From: Leucoraja ocellata
Lineage: Eukaryota
NCBI GenBank assembly: GCA_036785375.1
Contig: JAWMAR010000277.1
Coordinates: 1,612,001 to 1,676,000, forward strand
DNA: 64,000 bases
Reading direction: 5' to 3'
Shown: positions 13,047 to 25,078 of the stretch, in pieces
How the letters are laid out: every line of letters starts with the position of its first letter
Position numbering within the stretch: the stretch's first letter is position 1
Notes under the pieces: model-generated
The model's input: only the letters and a program-made list of their open reading frames with translations
Told to the model about the DNA's origin: nothing
Databases searched by the model: none
Program-made: the position numbers and the translations under genes

Positions 13047-13753
13047 ATTAGATTAGATTAGATTAGATTTGTTTATTGTCATTCAGACCTTTCGGTCTGA
13101 ACGGAATTTCGTTTCCCTGCATATAATAAAAAATGACAAAAACACACAATCAACACAAATTTAACATCCTCCACACTGTGGTGGAAGGCAAAATCTTAAA
13201 TTCTCTGTCTCTTCCCTCTTTGTTCTCTCTCTGCGCCGAGGCGATCCAGGCTCCAGATGTTGTGACCCCACCGGGTGACGGTAAACCCCGCGGCTCAACC
13301 GTGCTCCGCGAACGGGCCGGTTCAAACTCCGCGGGTGGTCGCTGCCGCTGCCACAGCTCCGAGGCCGAGTCGGGTCTCCGCTGCCGCCGCCACGATTCCG
13401 GGGCCGAGTCGGGTCTCCATTGCCACTGCCGCTGTCACCGCCACAGCTTCGGGGCCGAGTCGGGTCTCCATTGCCACTGCCGCTGTCACCGCCACAGCTC
13501 CGGGGCCGAGTCGGGTCTCCGCTGCCGCAGCCGCTGCCGCCGTCGCTACAGCTCCAGGGCCGAGTCGGGTCTCCGCTGCCGCTGCCTCCGCCACAGCTCC
13601 GAGGCCGCCATTAGGCCTCGGCGCAGGCGGGGACGGGGAATATGACAGAAAAAAAGTTGCATCCCCCGAAGGAAGAGACCAAAACATGTTTCTCCCACCC
13701 CACCCACACACATACACAACTTAATAAAACAAAATTAACTAAATCATGACAAA
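13047..13753 (-). mobile_element. Non-coding retroposon with (TCTAA)n tail and internal GC-rich minisatellite
   Basis: Minus-strand tail: GAAA-loop hairpin (13082-13101), AATAAA, (TCTAA)n; flanked by GGATTAG at 13040-13046 and 13754-13760. Confidence 0.6.
13340..13610. repeat. GC-rich minisatellite
   Basis: Repeated GGCCGAGTCGGGTCTCC core separated by variable (GCC/GCT)n spacers. Confidence 0.9.
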
Positions 13754-14130
13754 GGATTAGGCAAGAGATACCGCAGCATCAAAGCCCAGACAACCAGACT
13801 GCTAAACAGCTTCCTTCCACAGACTGTGAGGCTGCTAAACAGTCACTCCACCTGATTCTGCTGCTTTTTTTGCACTGATACCTTAATAACAAACTCTGGC
13901 ACTGGCCACTGGAATCAGCTGCCCTGGACAATTTTAGACTTTTTAGTTGTATTTTAATGTTGTTGTTTGTTTCCTGCACTTTTCTTTTACTCTTCGTACT
14001 GTTTTTATCAGGGACTGGATTGTTTTTATTTATGTGTGAAATGTTTAATGCGTGATGCTCTGTTATTCCCTGGGAAACATCTTCTCATTTTGCACTGTAC
14101 AACTGCTGCTTTGCAAGATGACAATAAAGG

Positions 14131-14163
<33 letters not shown>

Positions 14164-14164
14164 A

Positions 14165-14480
14165 AGCTGAAGTAACTCAGCTGGTCAGCCAGCATGTCTG
14201 GAGAGAAGGATTAGGAGACTTTTCGGGTCAAGACCCTTCTTCAGACAGTCAGGAGAAAGGGAAACGAGAGATATAGATGGTGATGTAGAGAGATAGAGAA
14301 CAAATGAATGAAAGATATGCAAAAAAAGTAATAATGGCCTGTTTCCTTTATCATAGTTACATTTTTGCACATCTTTCATTAATTCTCAGTATGAAGAAGG
14401 ACGTTGAACCAAAATGTCACCTATTCCTTTTCTCCAGAGATGTTGTCTGACCTGCTGAGTTACTCCAGCTTTTTGTGTCG
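14165..14480. mobile_element. Penelope-like terminal repeat, inverted pair; left part at 11880-11930
   Basis: gacacaaaa (11921-11930) rejoins agctgaagtaactcagc (14165) as in intact copies; reverse copy at 14390-14480. Confidence 0.7.
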
Positions 14481-14537
14481 TATGTTAGGTGGTTGTTAGG
14501 GTTGGGAAGAATGGTGCATCGAGATAACACCAAATAA

Positions 14538-14690
14538 CATAGAAACATAGAAAATAGGTGCAGGAGGAGGCCATTCGGCCCTTCGAGCCAGCACCGCCAT
14601 GCATTATGATCATGGCTGATCATCCCCTATCAATAACCCGTGCCTGCCTTCTTCCAATATCCCTTGACTCCACTAGCCCCCAGAGCTCTA
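14538..14690 (-). mobile_element. CR1 LINE 3' tail
   Basis: catagaaacatagaaaataggtgcaggaggaggccattcgg... Confidence 0.8.
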
Positions 14691-15399
14691 TAGCACACAC
14701 AAAGTAGAAACTCTTTAGCTATTGATGCGCTTCAAAGTTATTTGTTCAATTATGTAGAATATTCTAAATCCTATATATTCATGTACTTTCAAATGTTTTA
14801 ACACAATGGAAGAGATTACATTCTAAATCTAAATGGTTGAACCAAATATAGAAATAATTGAATGGTTGAAGCAAATGAGATATAAAATAGCAAATGTGAT
14901 TTTAATATGCATAAATGCAAATGAGACACAGTAGGAAGCGTTAAAGGGAGAATTGAATATAAAGCTAATATATTAGATACAATACAAGCGACTATTTGTT
15001 TAGCTCTCGAAGACCATCCTGACAGTATATAGTAAGGGTACGTGATGCCATACAAGATTTTAGGATGTGAAAAGGAGATAAATTAGGAGAAAACAGTGGA
15101 GAATTTGCAATGGCTCAAGTTGCACAAGGTCAGTATCCTGAGCATATTCTGCCACCACCATCATCTATTGCAACAAGTGATGGCTCCCACTGATTGTCGC
15201 CAGAAGCTTGTGTCCTTTTCAGGACGGACGATCATAGCGATGTCAACATTTGAAACATGGAAGATGGACACAAAAGAAGTGGACATCTCGAGCTGACTGC
15301 TAAGAATGACTGCAAAGGTTGCTTGTATTCAGGAGAAATCCTAAGCCCCAAACGTTGCTTGAGATGGATGATGGGATGGGGAGGATCCAGGGTGGGGAG

Positions 15400-16203
15400 G
15401 AATCTGCCTACAGACAGGAAGAGACACAGCTGGCGTTCTGGTGCCATCGCAACAACCTGGAGCTCAATGCTTAAGATGGTGGAATTAATTGTAGACTTTT
15501 GGAGAGCTCCCCCTCACCCCGCTCACCATCAACAACAGCACAGTCACATCTTTGGGGTCATTTAAGGTCCTTGGAATCACCATCTCCAGAGACCTTAAAC
15601 GGGGGCTAATGATCGACTACACAGTCAAAAAGGCTCAACAGACGATGTACTTCCTGCGGCAGCTGAGGAAACCCAAACTGCCACAGTCAATGATGGTCCA
15701 GTTTTATACTGCCATCATAGAGTCTGTCCTCACCTTCTCCATCATGGTCTGGTTTGGCTCAGCCACCAAGCATGACATCCGGAGGCTGCAGCACATCGTT
15801 CGATCAGCCAAGAAGGATGTTGGCGGCAACCTCCCCCCCATCGACGAACTGTACACTGCAAGGGCCAGGAAGAGAGCGGGGAAGATCATCTCTGACCCCT
15901 CTCACCCTGGCCACAAACTCTTTGAAGCACTTCCCTCTGGAAGGTGACTCCGGACTGTCAAAGCCGCCACAGCCAGACATATAAACAGCTTTTTTCCACG
16001 AGCAGTAGCTCTACTCAACGGCCAAAACTTTGTAGCCTCCTTTTCCTCTGATATTTTATTTCATTCTTCACATGTTTAAATTATAATGTTTTATTTTTAA
16101 TTGTCTACTGTGTATCGTGATGTTACTTGCGAGTAAAGCACCAAGGCAAATTCCTTGTAGGTATACATATTTGGCTAATAAAATGTATTCAATTCAATTC
16201 AAT
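15400..16203 (+). mobile_element. Rex1/Babar-type LINE 3' fragment
   Basis: KKAQQTMYFLRQLRK...IESVLT..I.VWFG...DPSHPGHKLFEALPSGR; AATAAA plus (TTCAA)n tail. Confidence 0.85.
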
Positions 16204-16264
16204 TACTTTTAAGCAGATACATTTCAATAATCTCTCTCAACTAAATTGTAAAGATTATTAGTGA

Positions 16265-16440
16265 CTTGGATGCTTTCAAGAGAGAGCAAATAGGGTTCTT
16301 AAAGATAGTGGAGTCAGGGGATATGGGGAGAAGGCAGGAACGGGTTACTGATTGGGGATGATCAGCCATGATCACATTGAATGATGGTGCTGGCTCGAAG
16401 GGCCGAATGGCCTACTCCTGCACCTATTGTCTATTGTCTA
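16265..16440 (+). mobile_element. CR1 LINE 3' tail
   Basis: ...gggccgaatggcctactcctgcacc(tattgtc)n. Confidence 0.75.
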
Positions 16441-16529
16441 ATGTTATTTTAATGTCCACTAATTAACAATAAATATGAAATATACATGTGTTCACAATGG
16501 GTAAATATTTTCATGTTCCATCATTTCAG

Positions 16530-16689
16530 AGTGTCCACTCATAGTCAAAAAAACCTGATGACGATTTCTAACTTGGGAGTTATTTTTGGACCAACACTAA
16601 TGAGATCCCAAGAGGAGACTGTAGCAGCAATGATGAACATTAAATTTCAGAACATTGTGGTTGAAATTCTGATTGAAAATTACGAAAAG
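16530..16689 (+). CDS. ARHGAP42: ARHGAP42-like exon (RhoGAP C-terminal part)
   Basis: tcAG/GTACT; [53 protein letters not shown] (RhoGAP NLMT..NL..IFGPTL motif; within ORF 16486..16731). Confidence 0.96.
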
Positions 16690-17219
16690 GTACTGTGTGA
16701 GCTCCGTGTTTTTCAGCGCTTTCATTGTTGATCTGCATTGTAGATGAAACATCATAGACATATACAGCATGGCAACATCAAACACACATTTATACATGAA
16801 CCCGACCCTAACACAATTTATTTCCACCTCATACCTTCCCACCCCTCCCCAAATTCTACCATTCATTTACATGCTCGTGGCAATGTAGAGCGGCCAATTA
16901 ATATATCAACCCAGGTTTTCAATATGTGGGTAGAAACTGGAGCATCTGGAGAAAACCCACACAGTCGCACGGAGAACGTGCCAACTCCACACAGCCAACA
17001 CAGACTGTGAGGCAGCTGCTCTACTAGCCAAACTAAAAATATCAGCATCCTTTAGTTACTCTTCTCATTATTGTTCTTCTTTGTACCCTTATATCTTTCA
17101 AACATGCTTTTTTTCTCCAACTTACTTTCTCACAATTGTTGACTGCAGATGTTCTTCCTTCCACTCTTTAATTATCCACTAATACCCATACACTCTTATT
17201 CAATTTTGCAAACTCGATA

Positions 17220-17870
17220 TATTCGATCTTAAGCGGGGGGCTACCATCGACTCCACAATCAAAAAGGCACAACAGAGGATGTACTTCCTACGGCAGCTGA
17301 GGAAGCACAATCTGCCACAGGTAATGATGGTGCAATTCCACACGGCCATCGTAGAGTCTGTTCTCACCTTTTCCATCATGGTCTGGTTTGGCTCAGCCAC
17401 CCAGCACGACACCTGGAGGCTGCAGCGAATCGTCCGATCAGCAGAGAAGGTTATTGGCTGTAACCTTCCCTCCATTGATGAACTGTACACTGCAAGGGCC
17501 AGGAAGCGAGCGGGCAAGATCATCTCTGACCCCTCTCACCCTGGCCACAAACTCTTTGAATCACTTCCCTCTGGAAGGCGACTCCGGACTGTCAAAGCTG
17601 CCACAGCCAGACATAAAAACAGTTTTTATCCACCAGTAGTAGCTCGACTCAACAGCCAAAAATCTGTAGCCTCCCTTTCATCTGGTATTTTGTGGGTTCA
17701 CATGCTTGATCAATGGCGTTTTATCATTAATGTTTTATTATTATTAATGTTTAGTGTTTTCTGAGTCATTCGTAATTGTCACTGCATGTCATGTTGTTAC
17801 TTGTGGGCGGAGCACATAGGCAAATTCCTTGTATGTGAATACTTGACCAATAAACTTACTTACTTACTTA
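17220..17870 (+). mobile_element. Rex1/Babar-type LINE 3' fragment
   Basis: ORF 17279..17764 closely paralogous to 15552..15947; AATAAA plus (TTAC)n tail. Confidence 0.85.
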
Positions 17871-18848
17871 TTCCTCTCACATTATGCCTGTTGACTGTCC
17901 CTCTTCCTCATATTTATGTCCCTCACCACCTCCACATTTGTTGTCTTTCCCTCATTCTTTTTCCTCTTTTATTTCACAAAGCTCACTTGGATCTTTGGAA
18001 TCCGGTAACCCATGGAAAGATTATTTTATCTCTTTGATAGAAAATGTGAAATCCAGCACTGTGTTGTCAAAAATGTTCGAGGACTAATTCAGAAACTGAT
18101 TTTTTAATAAATGCAGTCCTTGCTAAGGTGGTTGGAGCCGTGCCTATAGAATGTAATAGATCTAATAGATCTCTATCACAACCGCCCAAAATAACTACAA
18201 CTTTCCTGATACATTACTCCTCAAAGAGCTGGCGGTAAGCATTTGGTTCTGGGGAGATTGTTGAGCATTCTTCAAGACAGGTCTCTTAGATTGCACCAGA
18301 TATTTATCTTTTACCCCTCTCTCTTGCTCCTGGTGATAGTTGTGTGATCCCTTAAAGCAAACAAAAAAAGCTAAGATTAACTGCATCGGGTACTTCTTAA
18401 AATCAATTTCAGTAAATCTGGACATTATTGATAACTCATTTAAACAGTTCAGTGGCTGAATTTGTCCCTTGGTGTTAAGATTTTTGTTTTCCTCTACGGT
18501 TCAAATTGGATGTTAATAGTCTATATTCCAATATTTTTGGGAGTAATGGTATTAATTAGAGATTGGGTGTGAATTTACATCACCTAGCCACATCTGATGC
18601 GTGGAGGCACATAATTGTAAGCCACTTTTTTGCATCAAAAGCACTGTAAGGTTACGATGATAGCTCGTGGATTGCATGCTTTAAATATAATATATTCTGT
18701 ATCATGTACCTTCCAGCCTGCTATATATTTAATTTAATGACGTGTCAACTCTCTTCCCTCTCTGCAAATGCTGCCTGACCATCTAATGTTTGATTTACAC
18801 CCCGTTTTAAATATCTTCTTGCAAGTATTTTATTTTCCTTATCAACAG

Positions 18849-18999
18849 ATATTCAATACCCCACCAGATCCCAATGTTCCTCTTCCTCAGCCTGAGCAGA
18901 GATCAGGATCCAGGCGAAGCAAGGCAACTTGCCTGTCCACAGGTCCAAGACGTCCCAGAGGCATCTATACCCCAACCCTGTGCCTGGCAGATGCAGACA
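18849..18999 (+). CDS. ARHGAP42: ARHGAP42-like exon (post-GAP linker)
   Basis: acAG/GTAAGC; IFNTPPDPNVPLPQPEQRSGSRRSKATCLSTGPRRPRGIYTPTLCLADAD(S). Confidence 0.93.
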
Positions 19000-19226
19000 G
19001 TAAGCAAAACGGATCATTTGTTTAACCTATGCAGATCTTTTATACTTAAAATTGCTCCATCACAATTGCTTCCAAACTCAAAATCTACACCTGAAACATA
19101 TTGTTGAGATTGATGAAGAGATTGAATTTAAGAGATCATTGAAGAGATTGTTGACGGTGTGGAACGCACAACATTTTAGTATTACTTTCTTATTCTTCAA
19201 GCTATTCCCTCTTCCCCCTTGTCCCA

Positions 19227-19523
19227 TTAGACTTTAGAGATACAGCATGGACACGGGACCTCCAGTCCATCAAGTCAGTGCCGACCAGCAATCTCCCCAT
19301 GCACTAGCAGTATCCTACACACTGGGGACAATTTACAATTCTTACTAAAGCCAATTACCTATGAACCTGTATGGCTTTGGATGTATGGGAGGGAACTGAC
19401 GCAGTCAGAAAACTAACGCAATCACAGGGGGAACGTACAAACTCTGTACAGCCAGCACCCATAGTCAGGATCGAACCTGGTTCTCTGGCGCTGTAAGGCA
19501 GCACCTCTACTACTGTTCTGCCC
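19227..19523 (-). mobile_element. HE1-like tRNA-derived V-SINE
   Basis: Reverse complement of the SINE family at 27605, 31268 and 44195 (B-box GGTTCGATCC, V-domain, gctgtatctctaaa tail). Confidence 0.8.
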
Positions 19524-19863
19524 ATGCACCTAATGCACCATAATCCAAAATAAACCATTCTAGTTTATCCAAAAACAGCATTTTGGATTGGCAAAGACCG
19601 AGAACTATATGGAAGGATTTCTGGCTACATACCTTCATTATCATTACCGCACATTATGCCACCAGCCTGCTTCTTCAGCACATATTAGTACATTTTTGAC
19701 TGTGCAGAGATCTAATTGTTCCAGAAGGATAGATAATGTTATAGTTTCAGAAAATTCTCAATGCTCATCAAGTAATGAATTACTTAAAAAGCCAGAACAT
19801 GTTTCTGCAAACTGCAGAGTTGAAATTTAGATCATTTATTTCAGTGCTATTGAAGCAGGTTAA

Positions 19864-20342
19864 TGGGCCTGTCCTATTTAGGCGATTTTTCAGGCGACTG
19901 CCAGTGACTGTCAAGTTGTAGCAGGTCACTGAAAAAACGGCGACTGGAACTTCGACTTGAACATTGCAAAGCCAATGTGATACAGACACAAACCACGATG
20001 AACAGGAAGGTTGGCGCTGTAATTAAGATGGTGAAAGCACAGTGTACGGGAAGGGTCACTTAAGTCCTTAAAACGAGGGGGGAGAAAGTGGAGACGGGGT
20101 GGGTAGAAGGAGTAGAGACAGCTTTTTAGAATCCAGAGATACACGGCTGTGAAGCTCGGCGGACATTAACATTATCGGTCGGTTATCCTTGGTTCTGAAA
20201 ACTACGGTTTACATTTTTTTTTTCCCAATGAGCCAATGAGATTCACCGGTCACCAACGGCACCAACCTACGACATCCTGGCAACTCACTACCACTGCACC
20301 TCCTGCAGTCACCTAAAAAGTCGCCTAAGTGGGACAGGCCCA
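19864..20342. mobile_element. PIF/Harbinger-like MITE
   Basis: TIRs TGGGCCTGTCCTATTTAGGCGA...TCGCCTAAGTGGGACAGGCCCA; TAA on both flanks. Confidence 0.8.
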
Positions 20343-21699
20343 TAAGTATTAAACAATAGATCAGGAATAATGCCTGTCTTTGGTTAGGATTGCAATGAAA
20401 TTTCAGAAGCTTCAAAGGAATGCTTACTTAATCTTCTTACTTAAGGAAAGGTGTAAATGCATTGGAAGCAGTTTGGAAAAAGTTTACTTGATGACACCTA
20501 CAATGGTCAAGTTGTCTTATGCAAAGTGAAGTGAGTGAGAAAAAATCTGGCAAATAGATTATGGACATTGGTTGTTTAGAAGCATTTGGTTGGAATATAA
20601 GACCCTGAGAAGGCTTGGCAAGGTGGATGTGGAGAGGATGCTTCCTCTTGTGGAAAATCTAGTGCAGGTACGAGGGGTCGATGTTTAATTCCATATTTTC
20701 TCACTGCACAGAAAGATACAGTTTGGCTAATTGAATTTATGCATCAGAGTTACTTATCACATGATTGGGTTGTGGGAAGAAAGTGGAGCACCCAGAGGAA
20801 GTCCACGCAATGACAGAAAGAAACATGCAAAATTCACAGAGACAGATAGCACTGAAGGTCAGGGTTGAATCCAGGCCCCTGGAGCTGAGGCAGCAACTTT
20901 GCGAACTACTACTTTGCCACCTATAAAAAAATAAAGGCTCTATGTTTAAAACACAGAGGGGATGAGCATTTTTCTGAGGGTCATGAGTTTTTGGAATTCA
21001 TCCTTAAGGGGTGGTGGAAGCAGAGACTGCATATTTTTAGGTCAGAAAGTATGGCGCTGAAGATTTTCATTTTCCAGGAGTTGATTTTTTTTTTTTAATC
21101 CACTTTTGGAAACAATGGCATTACTGTCAAGGCTGGAATTCATTATCCATCCCTAATTGACTTTGAGAAGATGAATGTGAACTACCCCTTTGAGCCTTTA
21201 GTGAGCAAAACAGCACAGAAACAGGGCCTTCAGCCCAACCCTTTCATACCAACCGAGTTGCTCAATAGAGCTACTCACACGTGCTTTCACTTGGCCCATG
21301 TTAACTTCAAAGCTTTCATATCCATGTACCTGCATTTGTTAAATGTTGTAATTGTACCCATCTAAAATAGTTTTTGAACACATTTAACTAATTCCACCCA
21401 TCCAAGGCTTTACCAATATGTTATCCCAGTTGATATTTGGAAAGTTATAATCCCCACTATTACAACCCTCTTATTCTTGCAGTCATCTGTGATCTCCCTA
21501 TTTCAGTCCGTGGAAGTTAGAAGAGGAAATCTGAAGAGAGATGTAGTCCTATGGTGAGGGTTCTGGCACGACTCAAACAGATTATCGATCTACCTCCTGT
21601 ACTCAAATTTGTTATTACGTGTTATTCGTCCAATGCCAGTGGTACCATGGCGAATTTAAAGATGGCATTGGAGTAGTGTCTGTCTGCACATTAATGGGC

Positions 21700-21930
21700 A
21701 TAAACAGGGAGTAGAGCAGAGGCCTGAGCACTTAGCCTTGAGGTGTCCCCTTGCTGATCGTCAATGAGGAGGAGATATTGTTGCCAATTTGCATTGATTG
21801 AGGTCTGCCAATGAGGAGGTTGAGGATCCAGTTGCACAGGGAGCAGCAGAGACCCAGTTCCCTGAGTTTGACGATGACTTTGGAAGGGTTGATGGCGTTG
21901 CACTTTGAGTGGCAGTTGATAAACAACAGT
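21700..21930 (-). mobile_element. Rex1/Babar-type LINE RT fragment
   Basis: KLRELGL..SLCNWILNLLIGRPQSMQIG...ISKGTPQG in ORF 21732..21926. Confidence 0.75.
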
Positions 21931-22465
21931 CATGGAAACATCAAAACAAATAGGCACAGATGTAGGCCATTTCTGCCCCACGAGCCAGCACCCCCATTCA
22001 ATATGATCATAGCTGATCATCCAAAATCAGTACCCTGTTCCTGCTTTCTCCCCATATCCCTTGATTCCATTGGCCCTAAGAGTTATATCTAACTCTCTCT
22101 TGAAAACATCCAGTGAATTGGCCTCCACTGCCTTTTGTGGCAGAGAATTCCACAGATTCACAACTCTCTGGGTGAAAAGTTTTTCTCATCTCAGTCCTAA
22201 ATAGTCTACCCCATATATTCTTAAACTGTGACCTCTGGTTCTGGACTCTCCCAACACCAGGACCATTTTTCCTGCATCTAGCCTGTCCAATCCGTTAAGA
22301 ATTTTATATGTTTCTATAAGCCCGTCTCATCCTTCTAAATTCCAGTGGATATAAGCTCAGTCAATCCCTTCTTCCATCATATGCCATTCCTGGAATTAAC
22401 CTGGTGAACCTACTCTGCACTCCCTCAATGTCCATCCTCAAATTAGGAGACCAAAACTGCACACA
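21931..22465 (-). mobile_element. CR1 LINE 3' fragment
   Basis: Colinear with the young CR1 3' fragment at 31945-32770. Confidence 0.8.
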
Positions 22466-23182
22466 CAAATACGTTATACGTATGTGTTCCTATTGTCCAT
22501 TAAGGAGATTCCAAAATTAAGGAATTTAGTGAAATTTATGAAGAACTTGGTGCTATTACTGGTCAAAATCTGTACGATTTGTGAATTATCACCATAAATT
22601 GAAATTTGCAAATCCAGTCATTATTCTTCAAGCATAGAAAGTAAAAACTCATTAACCAGAAAACCTTTACTGTTTTACTTGACAGATTATTTCATTGTTG
22701 TAACCACGTAAGATTCAATGGTTTCCAAATAAGAGAAAACAGTTTTAATTGTTGCTAAAATGTTTTTACTCTGCGTCAATGCATTTTAAAATATTTTTTT
22801 AATTTTGCTTTTGAAATGACTGTTTCCAACATTCATTAAGTTCAGGGGGAATTTGGCATCGATAAAATATGATTGGAAATGCTTTACACTTGTGTTCATG
22901 CTGAAGTATTATGCATTGGGTCTGAAATGTTTTCAGAAATGTCCCATTATTGTGAGAGGTGAGGTGGCCTTATCACTAGACTGTAAGGTAATTTACAGGT
23001 TGTGTAGGAGTATTTTCAATTAAAACTAAAAATAGTGGCAAAAAATAGCACTTGGAAATGATAAGTATGGCTCATAGTATTGTTCAACTTGTATCTGCAA
23101 TTCACGTCTTTCAGTCGCAATGAAGTTTTTGTACTTTCCGCAATAAACTTGTCAAACTGTATACACTGCTTGTTCTTTCTAG

Positions 23183-23569
23183 GCGATGCCTTCAGCAGCA
23201 GTCCGGACAGTACACCAATGGGAAGCATAGAATCTCTCTCCTCTCATTCATCGGAACTAAACAATTCTTCTAAAACCAGCTCCTCTCAACATCATGTGCA
23301 AAGAGAGAAAGGAGACAATGGAATTCCATGGGTACAGACTCCTGCCACATTGCCCGGGCTAAAGAACACAGTCGTTTGGACAACTAGCCCGGAATCAAGC
23401 TCCAGTGAAGACACCGTTAAAACGGATGGTCTGTCAGATTCTCAGAATCTGGTGTCGGCTGCAGGAAACAAACCTCCACCCTTAAGTCTGTGCAGTGAAG
23501 GACCCCACAAACATAATGTGCTTAAGCGATCAATAACCACCTCTCTAACTTCGCTCCCTATAACTGATG
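23183..23569 (+). CDS. ARHGAP42: ARHGAP42-like exon (Ser/Pro-rich linker)
   Basis: ctAG/GTAGGT; 387 nt, phase 1-1; DAFSSSPDSTPMGSIESLSSHSSE...WTTSPESSS, characteristic of ARHGAP42. Confidence 0.94.
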
Positions 23570-23653
23570 GTAGGTTCATAGCAAGATTTTATTTAATGAT
23601 TGATATTATTTTGCACAGTTGAAGACATGTTTTTGTTTTGATGCATTGTTTTC

Positions 23654-24038
23654 CATCCCTGCCATGGATGCCCTCCACCGAAAACGGTGTCTGAGACGGG
23701 CTGGGAAGATCATCAAAGACCCCTCACACCCCAACCATGGACTGTTTGCCCTCCTCCCATCAGGGAGGCGGTACAGGAGCCTCAGGTCACGTACTAGTAG
23801 GATGAGGAACAGCTTCTACAACAATACAATCACATTGCTGAACTCGGAGTCCCGCCGATAGATTTCTCCGGTCCCTCCGTCCCCATTGTTTAATTATTCT
23901 GTATTTTTTGATTATTCTGTATCTTCTCTCTTTCTATTTTTTTTAATTTCTTTATGCACAACTACTACGGACTGACGCAAAACTGCATTTCGTTGTACTC
24001 ATACTTGTATTTGTGCGATGACATTAAAGTTGAATTGA
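23654..24038 (+). mobile_element. Rex1/Babar-type LINE 3' end inserted in a splice acceptor
   Basis: KIIKDPSHPNHGLFALLPSGRRYRS; (TTGAA)n tail; 9-bp TSD ATTGTTTTC at 23645-23653 and 24039-24047. Confidence 0.85.
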
Positions 24039-24049
24039 ATTGTTTTCAG

Positions 24050-24212
24050 GTACTAATGGGAGAATTTTTAGCAATTCTGTTCAGAATCTGTCTTCAGTGG
24101 ATTTAAAAGATACACTTAAAATCACATCCAACCCAGCACTTCCTCCAAAGATGGCTACTAGAAGAAGACTAGATTCAACAGCAAGCAATGGCTATCAGAA
24201 ACCAGGATCAGT
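24050..24212 (+). CDS. ARHGAP42: ARHGAP42-like exon (linker)
   Basis: ttcAG/GTAAGT; (G)TNGRIFSNSVQNLSSVDLKDTLKITSNPALPPKMATRRRLDSTASNGYQKPGS(V). Confidence 0.92.
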
Positions 24213-24274
24213 GTAAGTGCTGTTATTGTGAAAAACCCTTTGTAGCTATAAATAACTGTGCTAATGAAAAATAA

Positions 24275-25078
24275 TCACCATTGGTCAACATTGTATATCA
24301 ATAATTTATATGAACAATGCTTGATTAGTAAGTTTATAGATGACACTAGGGTAGGTGGTATCATATATAGTGGAGATGCTTATCAAAAATTACAACAAGA
24401 TCTTGATCAGCTGGGCAAGTGGGTCCAAGTGCAAGTGCAAGGTGTAGAATTTTGTAAAGGCAAACCAGGGCAGGAACTTGGCAATGAATGATAATGTCTA
24501 GGGAGTACCGTAGAGCAGAGGGACCTATGAGTGTAGGTACAGTTCTCAGAAGGTGGTCACAGATGGTTAGGGTGGTGAAGAAGGCTTTTGGTACATTGGC
24601 CTTCATCAGTTGTACACAACATGGCTGAGGCTGCATTTGAAGTATTGTGTACAGTTTTGCCAACTCTGCTTTAGGAAGGATGTCGTTAAGCTGGAAAGAG
24701 TGCAGAGAAGATTTATGAAGATGTTGCCGAGACTCGAGTGCCTAAGCTACAGGGATTGATTGGGCAAGCTAGGACTTAATTCCTTGAGTGAAAGGACGCT
24801 AAGGGGTTAATTTATAAAGATGCATAAAATCATGAGGGGAATTGATTGCAATGGAATGCATGGGTTCTTTTATGTAGGGAAATCAAGACCAGAGGACAGA
24901 GGTTCTTACATTGTTCTATCTGGGACATATGACAATAAAACACCCTTGACTCTTGGCATGGATGAGAAAAGTTTAGAAAGATTTTAGCCAAATGTGGGCA
25001 AATGGGACAAACATATCTTGGTCAGCATGGACAAATTCGGCTGAATGACCCGTGCCCGTGCTATATGACTCTATGACC
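24275..25078 (+). mobile_element. Old CR1 LINE RT/3' fragment
   Basis: LISKFIDDTRVGG...YQKLQQDLDQLGKW; degenerate CR1 tail. Confidence 0.75.

Larger units (their letters stand above)
11935..14163 (+). mobile_element. Rex1/Babar-type LINE, 5'-truncated and degenerate RT, interrupted at 13047-13753
   Basis: [41 protein letters not shown] motifs; AATAAA plus (TTGA)n tail at about 14124-14163; sits inside a split PLE terminal repeat. Confidence 0.85.

Noticed and set aside
13340-13610. CRISPR-like repeat-spacer look of the GGCCGAGTCGGGTCTCC array
   Set aside because: Spacers are related low-complexity (GCC)n variants, the context is eukaryotic, and there are no cas genes
13133-13724. Cys/Arg-rich and Ala-rich ORFs in several frames
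   Set aside because: Translations of a stop-poor GC-rich minisatellite inside a repeat; open on both strands, no splice context
23080-23182. N-terminal extension of ORF 23080..23622
   Set aside because: Intronic read-through upstream of the acceptor at 23181-23182; the same applies to ORFs 16486 and 18768
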